Made by a program: the position numbers and the translations under genes. This document shows, piece after piece, positions 10,394 through 19,592 of a stretch of DNA of 32,873 nucleotides; position 1 is the stretch's first letter, and each line of letters opens with the position of its first letter. Location of the stretch: the sequence record SRR22947727_3747. One strand, given 5' to 3'. Below the pieces are notes generated by a model. That model did no database searches. It saw nothing but the letters and a program-made list of their open reading frames with translations, and had not been told where the DNA came from.

Positions 10394-10418
10394 AACCCCG
10401 CCTCTTTGGCGGGGTTTT
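10394..10418 (+). terminator. Intrinsic terminator after rpsP
   Basis: AACCCCGCC-TCTTT-GGCGGGGTT followed by TT. Confidence 0.8.
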
Positions 10419-10449
10419 CCATTTTAAGGTTTCGCATTAAGGGTAAGGC

Positions 10450-10596
10450 ATGTTGTTGCGCCCTATTCGTTCTTTGATGCTGATCGGAACATGCTTTTTG
10501 GTTGGGTATTTTTACGCCCGCCATCAAGCCAGCGAGATGTGTATCGAGGATGGTGGCAAAATGAAAAACGGCTATTGTTTAGGAGTGACCCAATGA
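10450..10596 (+). CDS. Small 48 aa membrane protein (not in the ORF track)
   Basis: [48 protein letters not shown]; hydrophobic segment followed by C-x3-GG-x6-C; its stop overlaps the rimM start (ATGA). Confidence 0.7.
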   Translation: MLLRPIRSLMLIGTCFLVGYFYARHQASEMCIEDGGKMKNGYCLGVTQ

Positions 10597-11096
10597 CAGC
10601 TTTGATCTGTGTTGGCATGATTGCAGGTGCTTATGGAGTGCGCGGCGAATTGCGAGTGAAAAGCTATTGCGCCACTCCAAGCGATATTGAAAACTACGCA
10701 CCTTTACTCGATGAATCCGGGACTCGCAGCTTTGAGCTGTCGTTGATCGGCCAAATCAAAAACGGGTTTTCAGCCCGGATCATTGGGGTGGAGACCAAAG
10801 AACAAGCCGATATGCTGCGCAGCACACAGCTGTTCGCCCGCCGCGAAGATTTGCCGGCTTTGCCAGATGATGAATATTATTATTCAGATTTGATCGGCCT
10901 GCAGGTCTGCGACACCGGCGGAGTTGAAATTGGCCATGTGAAATCCGTGATGAACCACGGCGCCGATGATTTGCTTGAGGTGACAGTTCCCGGTGCGTCA
11001 GATACGGCCTTAATCCCCTTTACCAAGGCGATTGTGCCCACTGTAGAGCTGGCGGCGCGGCGAATTGTTATTGACCCGCCTGAAGGGTTGCTATGA
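10593..11096 (+). CDS. rimM: Ribosome maturation factor RimM
   Basis: [32 protein letters not shown] motifs; AGGAG RBS. Confidence 0.96.
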   Translation: MTALICVGMIAGAYGVRGELRVKSYCATPSDIENYAPLLDESGTRSFELSLIGQIKNGFSARIIGVETKEQADMLRSTQLFARREDLPALPDDEYYYSDLIGLQVCDTGGVEIGHVKSVMNHGADDLLEVTVPGASDTALIPFTKAIVPTVELAARRIVIDPPEGLL

Positions 11097-11875
11097 CCGC
11101 ACCCAGCAAATCTCATGGGCGTAAGTCGATCCGTGCAACGCTCAAACCCCGGACCCTGGACGGCGAAACGCCAGATTTGGCCGGTGTCTGGCGTGCGGAT
11201 GTGATCACACTTTTTCCTGATCTATTCCCTGGCGTTCTGGGCGCCTCCCTCACCGGGAAGGGTCTAAAAGACGACAAGTGGCAATTGCACACCCATGATC
11301 TGCGCCCCTATGGCGAGGGCAAGCATCGCAATGTTGATGACACCCCAGCCGGCGGGGGCGCAGGTATGGTCATGCGTGCCGATGTATTGGGTCGCGCCTT
11401 GTCGGATATATTGCTGCGTCGCCCGCCCTGCCCAATCATCTACATGTCGCCCCGCGGCCGTCCCTTGACCCAAGCGCGCGCGCAAGCTCTGGCCGATGGG
11501 CCCGGCGCTGTGGTCCTATGTGGCCGGTTTGAAGGAATAGATCAAAGGGTGATTGATCACTTCAAAATCGAAGAAATCAGCATTGGGGACTATGTGCTCT
11601 CCGGTGGCGAGTTGGCGGCGCAGGTGATGCTCGACGCCGCTGTCCGCCTCATTCCCGGCGTGTTGGGCAACCAGGCCAGCACAGAGCAAGAGAGCTTTTC
11701 CAACGGCCTGTTGGAGCACCCGCAATACACACGCCCGCCCGTTTGGGAGGGACGTGAAATCCCGCCTGTGTTGCTGTCTGGTGATCATGGCAAGGTGGCA
11801 CAATGGCAGGCCGAACAATCCGAAGCCCTCACCCAAGACCGCCGGCCAGATCTTTGGGAAAAATATCGGAAATAA
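11093..11875 (+). CDS. trmD: tRNA (guanine-N1)-methyltransferase
   Basis: [43 protein letters not shown]. Confidence 0.97.
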   Translation: MTAPSKSHGRKSIRATLKPRTLDGETPDLAGVWRADVITLFPDLFPGVLGASLTGKGLKDDKWQLHTHDLRPYGEGKHRNVDDTPAGGGAGMVMRADVLGRALSDILLRRPPCPIIYMSPRGRPLTQARAQALADGPGAVVLCGRFEGIDQRVIDHFKIEEISIGDYVLSGGELAAQVMLDAAVRLIPGVLGNQASTEQESFSNGLLEHPQYTRPPVWEGREIPPVLLSGDHGKVAQWQAEQSEALTQDRRPDLWEKYRK

Positions 11876-11910
11876 GGCGCGCTTGAGCGCCACAGTCCCA
11901 ATCTATCCTC

Positions 11911-11939
11911 TTGCTTTGCCCGCAGTCTCGAAATATACG
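11911..11939 (+). promoter_or_regulatory. Putative sigma70 promoter of rplS-rpmE
   Basis: TTGCTT-N17-TATACG followed by a GC-rich discriminator. Confidence 0.55.
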
Positions 11940-12165
11940 GCGCAAGTCTGGTCCAGAGATGGATTCGGGCGGCTGTGCTATTGCGTTTTCGATTATACGT
12001 GCACCCTTTCTTCGGGGCCTGCGGATCCACAAACCCATTCTTACAGCAAAAAGCAACGACGACCTGATCTCTAGCGGGCACTGCGGTGGACCCGGAAGAA
12101 GACTGAGAGCTCTGAGGTGGTATCAAACTTCGTGGAACAACCACGAGCAACCAAAGGAGCGTCAG

Positions 12166-12537
12166 ATGAATCTGATTGCACAATTAGAGGCGGAACAAAT
12201 TGCCGCCCTCGGGAAAGACATTCCCGATTTCAAAGCCGGTGACACCGTGCGTGTTGGTTTTAAAGTAACCGAGGGCACCAGAAGCCGGGTTCAGAACTAC
12301 GAAGGCGTATGTATCGCACGCAACAATGGCGTCGGCATCGCAGGATCGTTCACTGTTCGTAAGATTTCGTTTGGTGAAGGCGTGGAACGTGTGTTCCCTC
12401 TGCATTCCACAAACATTGACAACATCACCGTTGTCCGCCGTGGTCGCGTACGTCGCGCCAAGCTGTATTACCTCCGGGATCGTCGTGGTAAATCCGCACG
12501 TATCGCAGAGCAAACCAACTATAAGCCCAAGTCTTAA
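12166..12537 (+). CDS. rplS: 50S ribosomal protein L19
   Basis: [47 protein letters not shown]. Confidence 0.98.
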   Translation: MNLIAQLEAEQIAALGKDIPDFKAGDTVRVGFKVTEGTRSRVQNYEGVCIARNNGVGIAGSFTVRKISFGEGVERVFPLHSTNIDNITVVRRGRVRRAKLYYLRDRRGKSARIAEQTNYKPKS

Positions 12538-12548
12538 GGAGCGGGACC

Positions 12549-12770
12549 ATGAAAAAAGATACCCATCCAGACTATCACTTCATCAATGTCAAAATGACCA
12601 ATGGCGACATCGTACAAATGCGCTCCACCTATGGTGCAGATGGCGATCAGCTGTCTTTGGACATCGACCCCTCCGTGCATCCAGCTTGGACCGGTGGCGG
12701 CGCGCGTTTGATGGACACTGGCGGCCGTGTGTCAAAGTTCAAAAAGAAATACGAAGGTTTGGGCTTCTAA
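12549..12770 (+). CDS. rpmE: 50S ribosomal protein L31
   Basis: [30 protein letters not shown]. Confidence 0.97.
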   Translation: MKKDTHPDYHFINVKMTNGDIVQMRSTYGADGDQLSLDIDPSVHPAWTGGGARLMDTGGRVSKFKKKYEGLGF

Positions 12771-12795
12771 GCCATTCCCCTTCACGAATTCAAAA

Positions 12796-12823
12796 GGCCG
12801 GCTTCTTGGAGCCGGTCTTTTTT
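12796..12823 (+). terminator. Intrinsic terminator after rpmE
   Basis: GGCCGGCTTC-TTG-GAGCCGGTC stem followed by a T-run. Confidence 0.8.
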
Positions 12824-12946
12824 GTTGGCTTTGGTCCATAAGTCAAAAAACATCGAAAGGCGCAGAGGTCTTGCGCAAGGTGCTTTCCTTGATCGCGTTG
12901 CGCGTCTATATCCGGGGCAAAATACACTAAATTTGTGAGGCATGAG

Positions 12947-13756
12947 ATGGCGCATATTATTGTCGTGGGCAACGAAAAGGGTGGTTCCGGCAAGTCGACC
13001 ACAACCATGCATCTGGCCACGGCTTTGGCGCGTATGGGTCACCGGGTGGGCGGCCTGGATTTGGACTTACGCCAGAAAACATTCGGCCAATATGTCACCA
13101 ACCGTATCCGCTATGCAGCCCAAAGCGACATCACGCTCCAATCGCCCAATTACATTGATTTACCTGAAATTGCCGAAGCCGATCTTAACCCAGGTGAAAA
13201 CCTGATGGACCGCCGCCTTTCGGTCGCTGTAGAACTGCTGGAGCCAGAGTCTGATTTCATCGTGATTGATTGTCCAGGCAGCCACACGCGCCTGTCTCAA
13301 ATGGCCCATGCTATGGCCAATACCCTTATCACACCGCTTAATGATAGCTTCGTCGACTTTGATCTTCTGGCAAAAATTGAGAGTGATGGGATCACGGTAA
13401 AAGGCCCATCTGTCTATTCCGAAATGGTGTGGAGCGCGCGGCAATTGCGCGCCAAGGCCGGGTTGGCGCCCTTGGATTGGATCGTGGTGCGCAACCGCCT
13501 CGGCACGCAAAACATGATCAACAAACAAAAAATGGGAGATGCCATCGCGCTCCTCGCAAAGCGAATCGGGTTTCGCGTGGCGCCCGGATTTGGCGAAAGG
13601 GTGATCTTTCGCGAATTATTTCCCCGCGGTCTCACCCTGCTTGATCTTAAGGATGTGGGGATCAATCAATTGAGCATATCCAATATCGCCGCAAGGCAAG
13701 AGCTGCGCGAATTGGTCAAGGCCCTAAACCTGCCCAATGTGTCGGTTGCTTTTTAA
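12947..13756 (+). CDS. mipZ: Division-plane positioning ATPase MipZ
   Basis: GNEKGGSGKST, DLDLRQ, NDSFVDFDLL, ERVIFRELFPRGLT; position after rpmE. Confidence 0.93.
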   Translation: MAHIIVVGNEKGGSGKSTTTMHLATALARMGHRVGGLDLDLRQKTFGQYVTNRIRYAAQSDITLQSPNYIDLPEIAEADLNPGENLMDRRLSVAVELLEPESDFIVIDCPGSHTRLSQMAHAMANTLITPLNDSFVDFDLLAKIESDGITVKGPSVYSEMVWSARQLRAKAGLAPLDWIVVRNRLGTQNMINKQKMGDAIALLAKRIGFRVAPGFGERVIFRELFPRGLTLLDLKDVGINQLSISNIAARQELRELVKALNLPNVSVAF

Positions 13757-14685
13757 AGCAATTCCGCGCTGCTGGGCGGATCACAGCCTTCACGTCCACA
13801 GTTGATCGCAGCCGCTTTGGCAGCCCGGCTCAAAAGGTCTTGCAGCCCGTCCTGCGTCAGCTCTGACAAGGCGGTTTGCGTGAGCAGATCTGCACCGTTG
13901 AGGCCGCTTAATACCGTTCCCATGAAGGTATCGCCAGCGCCAACCGTATCGATCAATTTCCCCACCGGATGAGCCGGCACGATGACCCGGTGACCATTGC
14001 AATATCCAAGGGCGCCCTCGGCACCTTTGGTAATGATGGTCAGCTTAGCTGTGGCCTTGGCCAACAAGGCCTCGCAAGCCGCTTCAAATGACAACTCAGG
14101 ATAAATCCACTCCAGGTCTTCATCACTGAGCTTGATGACATCCGAATGCCACATCAAATACCAAAGGCGCGCAAGGTAGGACTCGCGGTCCTCAATCAGC
14201 ATTGGGCGCACATTGGGATCCAAAGTGGTCACGATACCCGCTTTGTGTTTCGCAACAAAAAATTCAGCCCAAGCCTCCGCATCCGCCCCAGCGATGATTG
14301 ACAAAGAGGTCAGATGAAAAGCGCGGCCATTTTTCGGGAAATGGGCGTTGAGAGAGGGTAAATCCACCTGCCGTTCAGCCGTATCGCCTCGGTAAAATTG
14401 ATAACTGGGCTGGCCGTTGACCAAAGTTACCACCGCCAATGACGAGGGTTTTTCTGATCGCGGGCTGAGCAGCGCCACCCCATCAGCGACCATTCTATCC
14501 GCCAGAAAATGCCCCAGATTATCCTGCGCTATGGGGGTAATGAAGCCCACATCTTGCCCCTGCCGCGCCGTCGCGCGGGCCGTGTTATAACCAGAGCCGC
14601 CACGGGCACCCGCGAATGAGACCGCAGCATCGTCGCGCGATATCTCGATGAGATCAATTAAATTGTCTCCCCCAACAACCAGCAT
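13753..14685 (-). CDS. PfkB-family carbohydrate kinase (fructokinase-like)
   Basis: GDNLIDL, DPNVRP, KLSDEDL, DTVGAGDTF. Confidence 0.88.
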   Translation of the reverse strand: MLVVGGDNLIDLIEISRDDAAVSFAGARGGSGYNTARATARQGQDVGFITPIAQDNLGHFLADRMVADGVALLSPRSEKPSSLAVVTLVNGQPSYQFYRGDTAERQVDLPSLNAHFPKNGRAFHLTSLSIIAGADAEAWAEFFVAKHKAGIVTTLDPNVRPMLIEDRESYLARLWYLMWHSDVIKLSDEDLEWIYPELSFEAACEALLAKATAKLTIITKGAEGALGYCNGHRVIVPAHPVGKLIDTVGAGDTFMGTVLSGLNGADLLTQTALSELTQDGLQDLLSRAAKAAAINCGREGCDPPSSAELL

Positions 14686-14900
14686 AAAGCCCCCTTTGGA
14701 ACACGTTCGCGCCACCCTAGTGATAACCTGGGATGAAGCGAAAATATATTTTTGACTTTTACTAGTGTTTTTTTGCCATTGCGCAATGGGCGATTGCCCT
14801 TGCACTGCCCAGATGTCTCGGTGCTTGAACTCTCGCCCGGATTGGACCACTGTTTCACGGGCGCGTCTAATGCGTAGATTTGATCATTGCGAGACAGGTT

Positions 14901-16079
14901 ATGAGTGAGCCTAGGACACAAATTGTCATTATCGGCGGCGGCCCTTCCGGGCTGCTTTTGTCGCAATTGCTGCATAAACGCGGCGTTCAATCGGTGGTAT
15001 TGGAGCGAAAATCTAAAGACTATGTGCTCAGCCGTATTCGCGCGGGCGTCTTGGAACGCGGTCTGCTCGGGCTGATGGAGGAGGCCGGGATCGGTGGCCG
15101 TATGGCCAAGGAAGGCTTCGCCCATGACGGCACGCTCATCTCTTACGGCGATGAGATGTTTCGCATCGATTTCAAAGAGCTGACTGGGCATTCCGTCATG
15201 GTTTATGGGCAAACTGAGGTCACCCGAGATCTTTATGATGCGCGCGAAGCTATGGGCGGTCAAATTGAGTATAATGTGGAAGAGGTAGAGATTCACGATC
15301 TTGAAAGCGACGCGGCCACTGTCACCTATCGCAAAGACGGGCAAACCCATAAGATCAGCTGTGATTTCGTGGCCGGCTGTGATGGGTATCACGGGGTTAG
15401 TCGCAAAACCATTCCGAGCGAGATTCGCAAAGAATATGAGAAAATCTACCCCTTTGGCTGGCTTGGAATTTTGTCGCGCACGCCTCCGGTCAGCCATGAG
15501 CTGATCTACGCAAACTCCGAACGTGGATTCGCACTTTGCTCTATGCGCAACGAAAACCTCAGCCGCTACTACATTCAATGCGACCTCACCGACCGACCAG
15601 AGGATTGGAGCGATGCGGCCTTTTGGGCCGAATTGAAACGCCGGCTACCACCAGAGGTCGCGGAAAAAATGGTCACGGGTCCTTCGATAGAGAAAAGCAT
15701 CGCACCTCTGCGGTCATTTGTCAGCGAGCCAATGCGTTGGGGCCGCTTGTTCCTCTGCGGCGATGCGGCCCATATCGTGCCGCCCACCGGCGCAAAAGGC
15801 CTCAATACAGCCGCCTCTGATGTGCATTATCTTTATAATGGCTTGCGGCAGTTTTACGAGACAGGCGATGCGGCGGGGATTGATGGCTACTCCGAGCTGG
15901 CCCTGGCCCGGGTTTGGAAGGCCGAACGCTTCAGCTGGTGGTTCTCATCGCTCATGCATCGCTATCCAGAACAAAGCGCCTTTGATTTTAAGATGCAGCT
16001 GGCAGAAATAGAATTCTTGCGCAGCAATCGTGCCGCGCAACAAGCTATGGCTGAAAACTATGTGGGCCTACCCTATTGA
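14901..16079 (+). CDS. pobA: 4-hydroxybenzoate 3-monooxygenase
   Basis: RIRAGVLE, YGQTEVT, YPFGWLG, GDAAHIVPPTGAKGLN, AENYVGLPY. Confidence 0.97.
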   Translation: MSEPRTQIVIIGGGPSGLLLSQLLHKRGVQSVVLERKSKDYVLSRIRAGVLERGLLGLMEEAGIGGRMAKEGFAHDGTLISYGDEMFRIDFKELTGHSVMVYGQTEVTRDLYDAREAMGGQIEYNVEEVEIHDLESDAATVTYRKDGQTHKISCDFVAGCDGYHGVSRKTIPSEIRKEYEKIYPFGWLGILSRTPPVSHELIYANSERGFALCSMRNENLSRYYIQCDLTDRPEDWSDAAFWAELKRRLPPEVAEKMVTGPSIEKSIAPLRSFVSEPMRWGRLFLCGDAAHIVPPTGAKGLNTAASDVHYLYNGLRQFYETGDAAGIDGYSELALARVWKAERFSWWFSSLMHRYPEQSAFDFKMQLAEIEFLRSNRAAQQAMAENYVGLPY

Positions 16080-16142
16080 TCGCACCAGGTGACTAAAGAT
16101 AATAATAGGTTACCGATAGCTTAAGACCGAGAGGGAGACTCA

Positions 16143-17339
16143 ATGACCGATTTTGCGAAGACCCGACAGATGTTCGATATTCCACCCGGTGTGATCTATC
16201 TCAACGGAAATTCCCTTGGACCTATGCCAAAAGCGGCTCCCAATGCGATCAACAGCTTTTTAATGGATGAATGGCGCACGGAATTGGTCCGGGGCTGGAA
16301 CACGAAAAACTGGTTCATGCAGAGCAATACGCTCGGTGATAGGTTAGGGCGTTTGATCGGTGCCCCTGCGGGCAGTACCGTGGTCGGAGACACACTCTCG
16401 ATAAGGGTCTTCCAAGCGGTCGCCGCGGCGCTCGCCTTGGCCCCCAAGCGCCGTGTGATCCTGTCAGACAGCGGCAACTTCCCCACAGATCTTTACATGG
16501 TTGAAGGGCTCATGGGTTTGCGTGATGTGGGCTACGAACTGCGCACCCCTGCACCTGAGGATGTTTTGGATCACATCACCGAAGAGGTGGCCACCGTCAT
16601 GGTCACAGAGGTTGATTACCGCAGCGGCCGCAAACATGACATGCAGGCCATTATCAAAAAAGCACACAGCGTTGGGGCAACGGTGGTTTGGGACTTGGCC
16701 CATTCCATCGGTGCTATTCCTGTTGATATGTATGGCACAAATGCCGATTTTGCAGTCGGATGCACCTATAAATTCCTAAATTCTGGCCCCGGCGGGCCGG
16801 CGTTTATCTATGTCGCTCCCCGCTTGATTGATCAGGTGGAGCCCGTGCTCTCAGGCTGGTTTGCACATGAGGCACCTTTTGCTTTTGATCTCAACTTCCG
16901 TCCGATGCCAGGAAAAATTGATCGCATGCGGATCGGCACCCCTTCAATTGCGGCCTTCTCTTTGCTTGGGGCCGCGTTGGATATTTGGGATGGGGTAGAT
17001 ATGTTGGATTTGCGCGCCCGGTCAATTGAGCTTTCAGAAGCGCTGATTTCCGGTGTTGAAGCCAAATGCCCCGGCTTAACCCTCGCCAGCCCCCGCGATC
17101 CCGAGCAGCGCGGTAGCCATGTGGCTTTCAAGTTTGAACATGGCTATGCCTGTATGCAAGCTCTGATTGCGCAAGGGGTCATCGGAGATTTTAGAGCGCC
17201 TAATATAATGCGCTTTGGCATCACACCCTTATTCACCAGCTTGGAAGATATCACCCAAGCAGTTGATATTTTGGCCAATATATTAACTGAAAAAACTTGG
17301 CAGAACCCAGAATTTCAAAGTAAAGCCTTGGTGACCTAA
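16143..17339 (+). CDS. kynU: Kynureninase
   Basis: YLNGNSLG, NFPTDLY, WDLAHS, VGCTYK (PLP Lys), RGSH, GDFRAP. Confidence 0.88.
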   Translation: MTDFAKTRQMFDIPPGVIYLNGNSLGPMPKAAPNAINSFLMDEWRTELVRGWNTKNWFMQSNTLGDRLGRLIGAPAGSTVVGDTLSIRVFQAVAAALALAPKRRVILSDSGNFPTDLYMVEGLMGLRDVGYELRTPAPEDVLDHITEEVATVMVTEVDYRSGRKHDMQAIIKKAHSVGATVVWDLAHSIGAIPVDMYGTNADFAVGCTYKFLNSGPGGPAFIYVAPRLIDQVEPVLSGWFAHEAPFAFDLNFRPMPGKIDRMRIGTPSIAAFSLLGAALDIWDGVDMLDLRARSIELSEALISGVEAKCPGLTLASPRDPEQRGSHVAFKFEHGYACMQALIAQGVIGDFRAPNIMRFGITPLFTSLEDITQAVDILANILTEKTWQNPEFQSKALVT

Positions 17340-17405
17340 AGCGGCCGGGCGCAGCGGTCGCTTGTTTTGGCCCAATTGGCCCCTCATAGTTTATTGGAAG
17401 CACGA

Positions 17406-17436
17406 AAACCTCTTTCAGTTGAAATGAAAGAGGTTT
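17406..17436. terminator. Perfect 12-bp inverted repeat, probable (bidirectional) terminator after kynU
   Basis: AAACCTCTTTCA-GTTGAAA-TGAAAGAGGTTT. Confidence 0.6.
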
Positions 17437-17793
17437 CCAGAGCTTGGAATAGCAAGCCACGCGGTGTTCGGCTTGGGTTTGGTGGCAGAACTAAGTGACC
17501 GCTACAGTGATCTCGTTACCCCAGGTTCTAGACTAACTAATAGCGGATAATTTTCCTCCTGCATGTAAAATTCCCGATTTTCGGGACTCGACCTCAGGCG
17601 GGCAAATTATGGCCGCACAATGGGTCAAATTCACCTTAGTAGGCGTTTATTATGTGGAATAAAAATATGCTATAAACTTAATCTTTTTTGTTATTTTGTA
17701 TGATGAAAATTTAATCGTCTGATTTTATTGATTCGCAATTTTCACTTTATGATCACATTTGGACCCACTGAAAATTTCAAAGCTGGAGCCACT

Positions 17794-17866
17794 ATATCAG
17801 ATATTATCTTATATAAATGAGATAATAGGCTTCATATATATGGTAGTTAAATTTTTATCAGATATT
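17794..17866. promoter_or_regulatory. AT-rich operator cluster upstream of the GntR regulator
   Basis: TATCAGATATT at 17795 and 17856 (first copy within the palindrome ATATCAGATAT); TATTATCT-N10-AGATAATA at 17802-17827. Confidence 0.5.
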
Positions 17867-17932
17867 CTGTTATGTTGAGGAACTCCCTGAAAATGTGTAT
17901 GATTATTTTATAAGCGAAGCAGGGTAGCGCAA

Positions 17933-18586
17933 ATGACGAGTGCCGCGACAACGGTCGGATCTTCGGTTTATTTGAAGATTAAATCCGACATTATCACCGG
18001 CGCTCTAACGCCGGGGAAAAAGCTGAAATTAGACGCCTTAAAAGTGCAGTACTCAGCCAGTGTTTCAACCTTAAGGGAAACACTTAACCGGCTGGCTAGT
18101 GATGGTTTTGTGGACGCGCCCGAGCAACGCGGTTTTTTGGTTCGTACAATGTCCAACGAGGACCTGATTGAGCTGTCCAATCTCCGCGTATTACTGCAAT
18201 GTGCTGCTCTCAAAGCCTCCTTGGCTTTTGGTGATGAAAATTGGGAGGGCAATCTGGTCTCTGCCCACCACAAATTGGCCATGACTGGCAAGAAAATTAT
18301 GGCCGGCGAGGACGTTTCTCTAGAACGCCAACTGCACTATGATTGGGAGTTTCATTTTGCCTTGGTGCGGGCCTGCAACTCTCGGCACATGATCGCAGTC
18401 TTCCAAAATATTTACGAAAAACACATTGGCTACCAACTGGTGCTGCGCAATTATCGCTGGGCAAAAGCCCTTGAAGAACAGCACCTGATTTTTGAAGCCG
18501 CACTCGCGCGTGACGCCGAGGCGGCAACAGAACATTTGAAATCCCATTTGCGTAAAAGCCTTTCTTTCTCCCTCGCAGCCAATTAA
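17933..18586 (+). CDS. GntR/FCD-family transcriptional regulator
   Basis: wHTH LTPGKKL..SVSTLRETLNRL..QRGFLV; FCD domain DWEFHFALV. Confidence 0.92.
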   Translation: MTSAATTVGSSVYLKIKSDIITGALTPGKKLKLDALKVQYSASVSTLRETLNRLASDGFVDAPEQRGFLVRTMSNEDLIELSNLRVLLQCAALKASLAFGDENWEGNLVSAHHKLAMTGKKIMAGEDVSLERQLHYDWEFHFALVRACNSRHMIAVFQNIYEKHIGYQLVLRNYRWAKALEEQHLIFEAALARDAEAATEHLKSHLRKSLSFSLAAN

Positions 18587-18652
18587 CGCCCTTCGCCATT
18601 GTGTTTCCGACTGCCCTACCTATGTTGAGGTGCGAAGACATTGGAGAATAAA

Positions 18653-19492
18653 ATGGCCTATACCCCTCCCGCGACTTGGACATGGGACGCCCAAAATGGC
18701 GGCAAATTCAGCAACATCAACCGACCGATTGCCGGAGCAACCTTCGACAAAGAGCTTCCGCTTGGCCAGCACCCTTTGCAGTTATATTCTCAAGGTACGC
18801 CCAATGGTGTGAAGGTCACAGCGATGCTTGAGGAGCTGCTCGCGCTTGGGCATGAAGGTTCGGAATATGACGCCTGGCTGATCCCCATCAGCGAAGGGGC
18901 CCAGTTTGGCAGCGGTTTTGTTGGCCTCAACCCCAATTCCAAAATTCCAGCCATGCTGGACCAAGACACCGGGCTTCGTATCTTCGAAAGTGGATCAATT
19001 TTGATTTATCTGGCCGAAAAATTTGGGGAATTTCTTCCCAAGGATATCGCCCAGCGTACCGAAACATTGAATTGGTTATTTTGGCTCCATGGATCTGCCC
19101 CCTATTTGGGTGGCGGCTTTGGCCATTTTTACGCCTATGCACCAGAAAAGTTTGAATATCCCATCAACCGCTTCTCAATGGAGGCGAAACGCCAACTCGA
19201 TGTGCTCGACCGCAACTTGGCAGAGCGGCAATTTTTGGCCGGAGACAGCTATTCCATCGCAGATATCGCGACCGCGCCATGGTACGGTGCCTTGGTCAAA
19301 GGCCTGCTCTATAATGCGGCAGAGTTCCTTGATGTGACCAGCTACAAAAACGTGACGCGTTGGGCCGATGAGATCTTTGCCCGCCCTGCCTTTCAGCGCG
19401 GCCGCATGGTCAACCGCACCCATGGGCCGGCCGCTGAACGTCTGGCGGAGCGTCACAGCGCAAGCGATTTTGACACCCAAAACACGGCATAA
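18653..19492 (+). CDS. yghU: Glutathione-dependent disulfide oxidoreductase (Nu-class GST)
   Basis: NRPIAGA, QLYSQGTPNG, NPNSKIP, FESGSIL, APYLGGGFGHFY. Confidence 0.92.
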   Translation: MAYTPPATWTWDAQNGGKFSNINRPIAGATFDKELPLGQHPLQLYSQGTPNGVKVTAMLEELLALGHEGSEYDAWLIPISEGAQFGSGFVGLNPNSKIPAMLDQDTGLRIFESGSILIYLAEKFGEFLPKDIAQRTETLNWLFWLHGSAPYLGGGFGHFYAYAPEKFEYPINRFSMEAKRQLDVLDRNLAERQFLAGDSYSIADIATAPWYGALVKGLLYNAAEFLDVTSYKNVTRWADEIFARPAFQRGRMVNRTHGPAAERLAERHSASDFDTQNTA

Positions 19493-19592
19493 ACGCCGCT
19501 GGCCCTGCCAATCTGCGCCCAATGGTGCTTTCAAACTTGCCAATCTGAGCGCCTTGCCGGCATGATGCGCTCAGCTTCATCGGAGGGGTCTC

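Noticed and set aside
11911-12165. 85-codon in-frame N-terminal extension of rplS
   Set aside because: A strong AAAGGAG RBS precedes ATG 12166 and the canonical L19 N-terminus begins there; the upstream TTG coincides with the promoter -35 box.
12549-12770. Cys-free L31 as a zinc-starvation paralogue
   Set aside because: Cys-free L31 is the normal form in many Alphaproteobacteria, and it sits in the core rplS operon.
14723-14762. PcaQ-like LysR site upstream of pobA (ATAACC...)
   Set aside because: Only one half-site is present, and there is no adjacent LysR gene.
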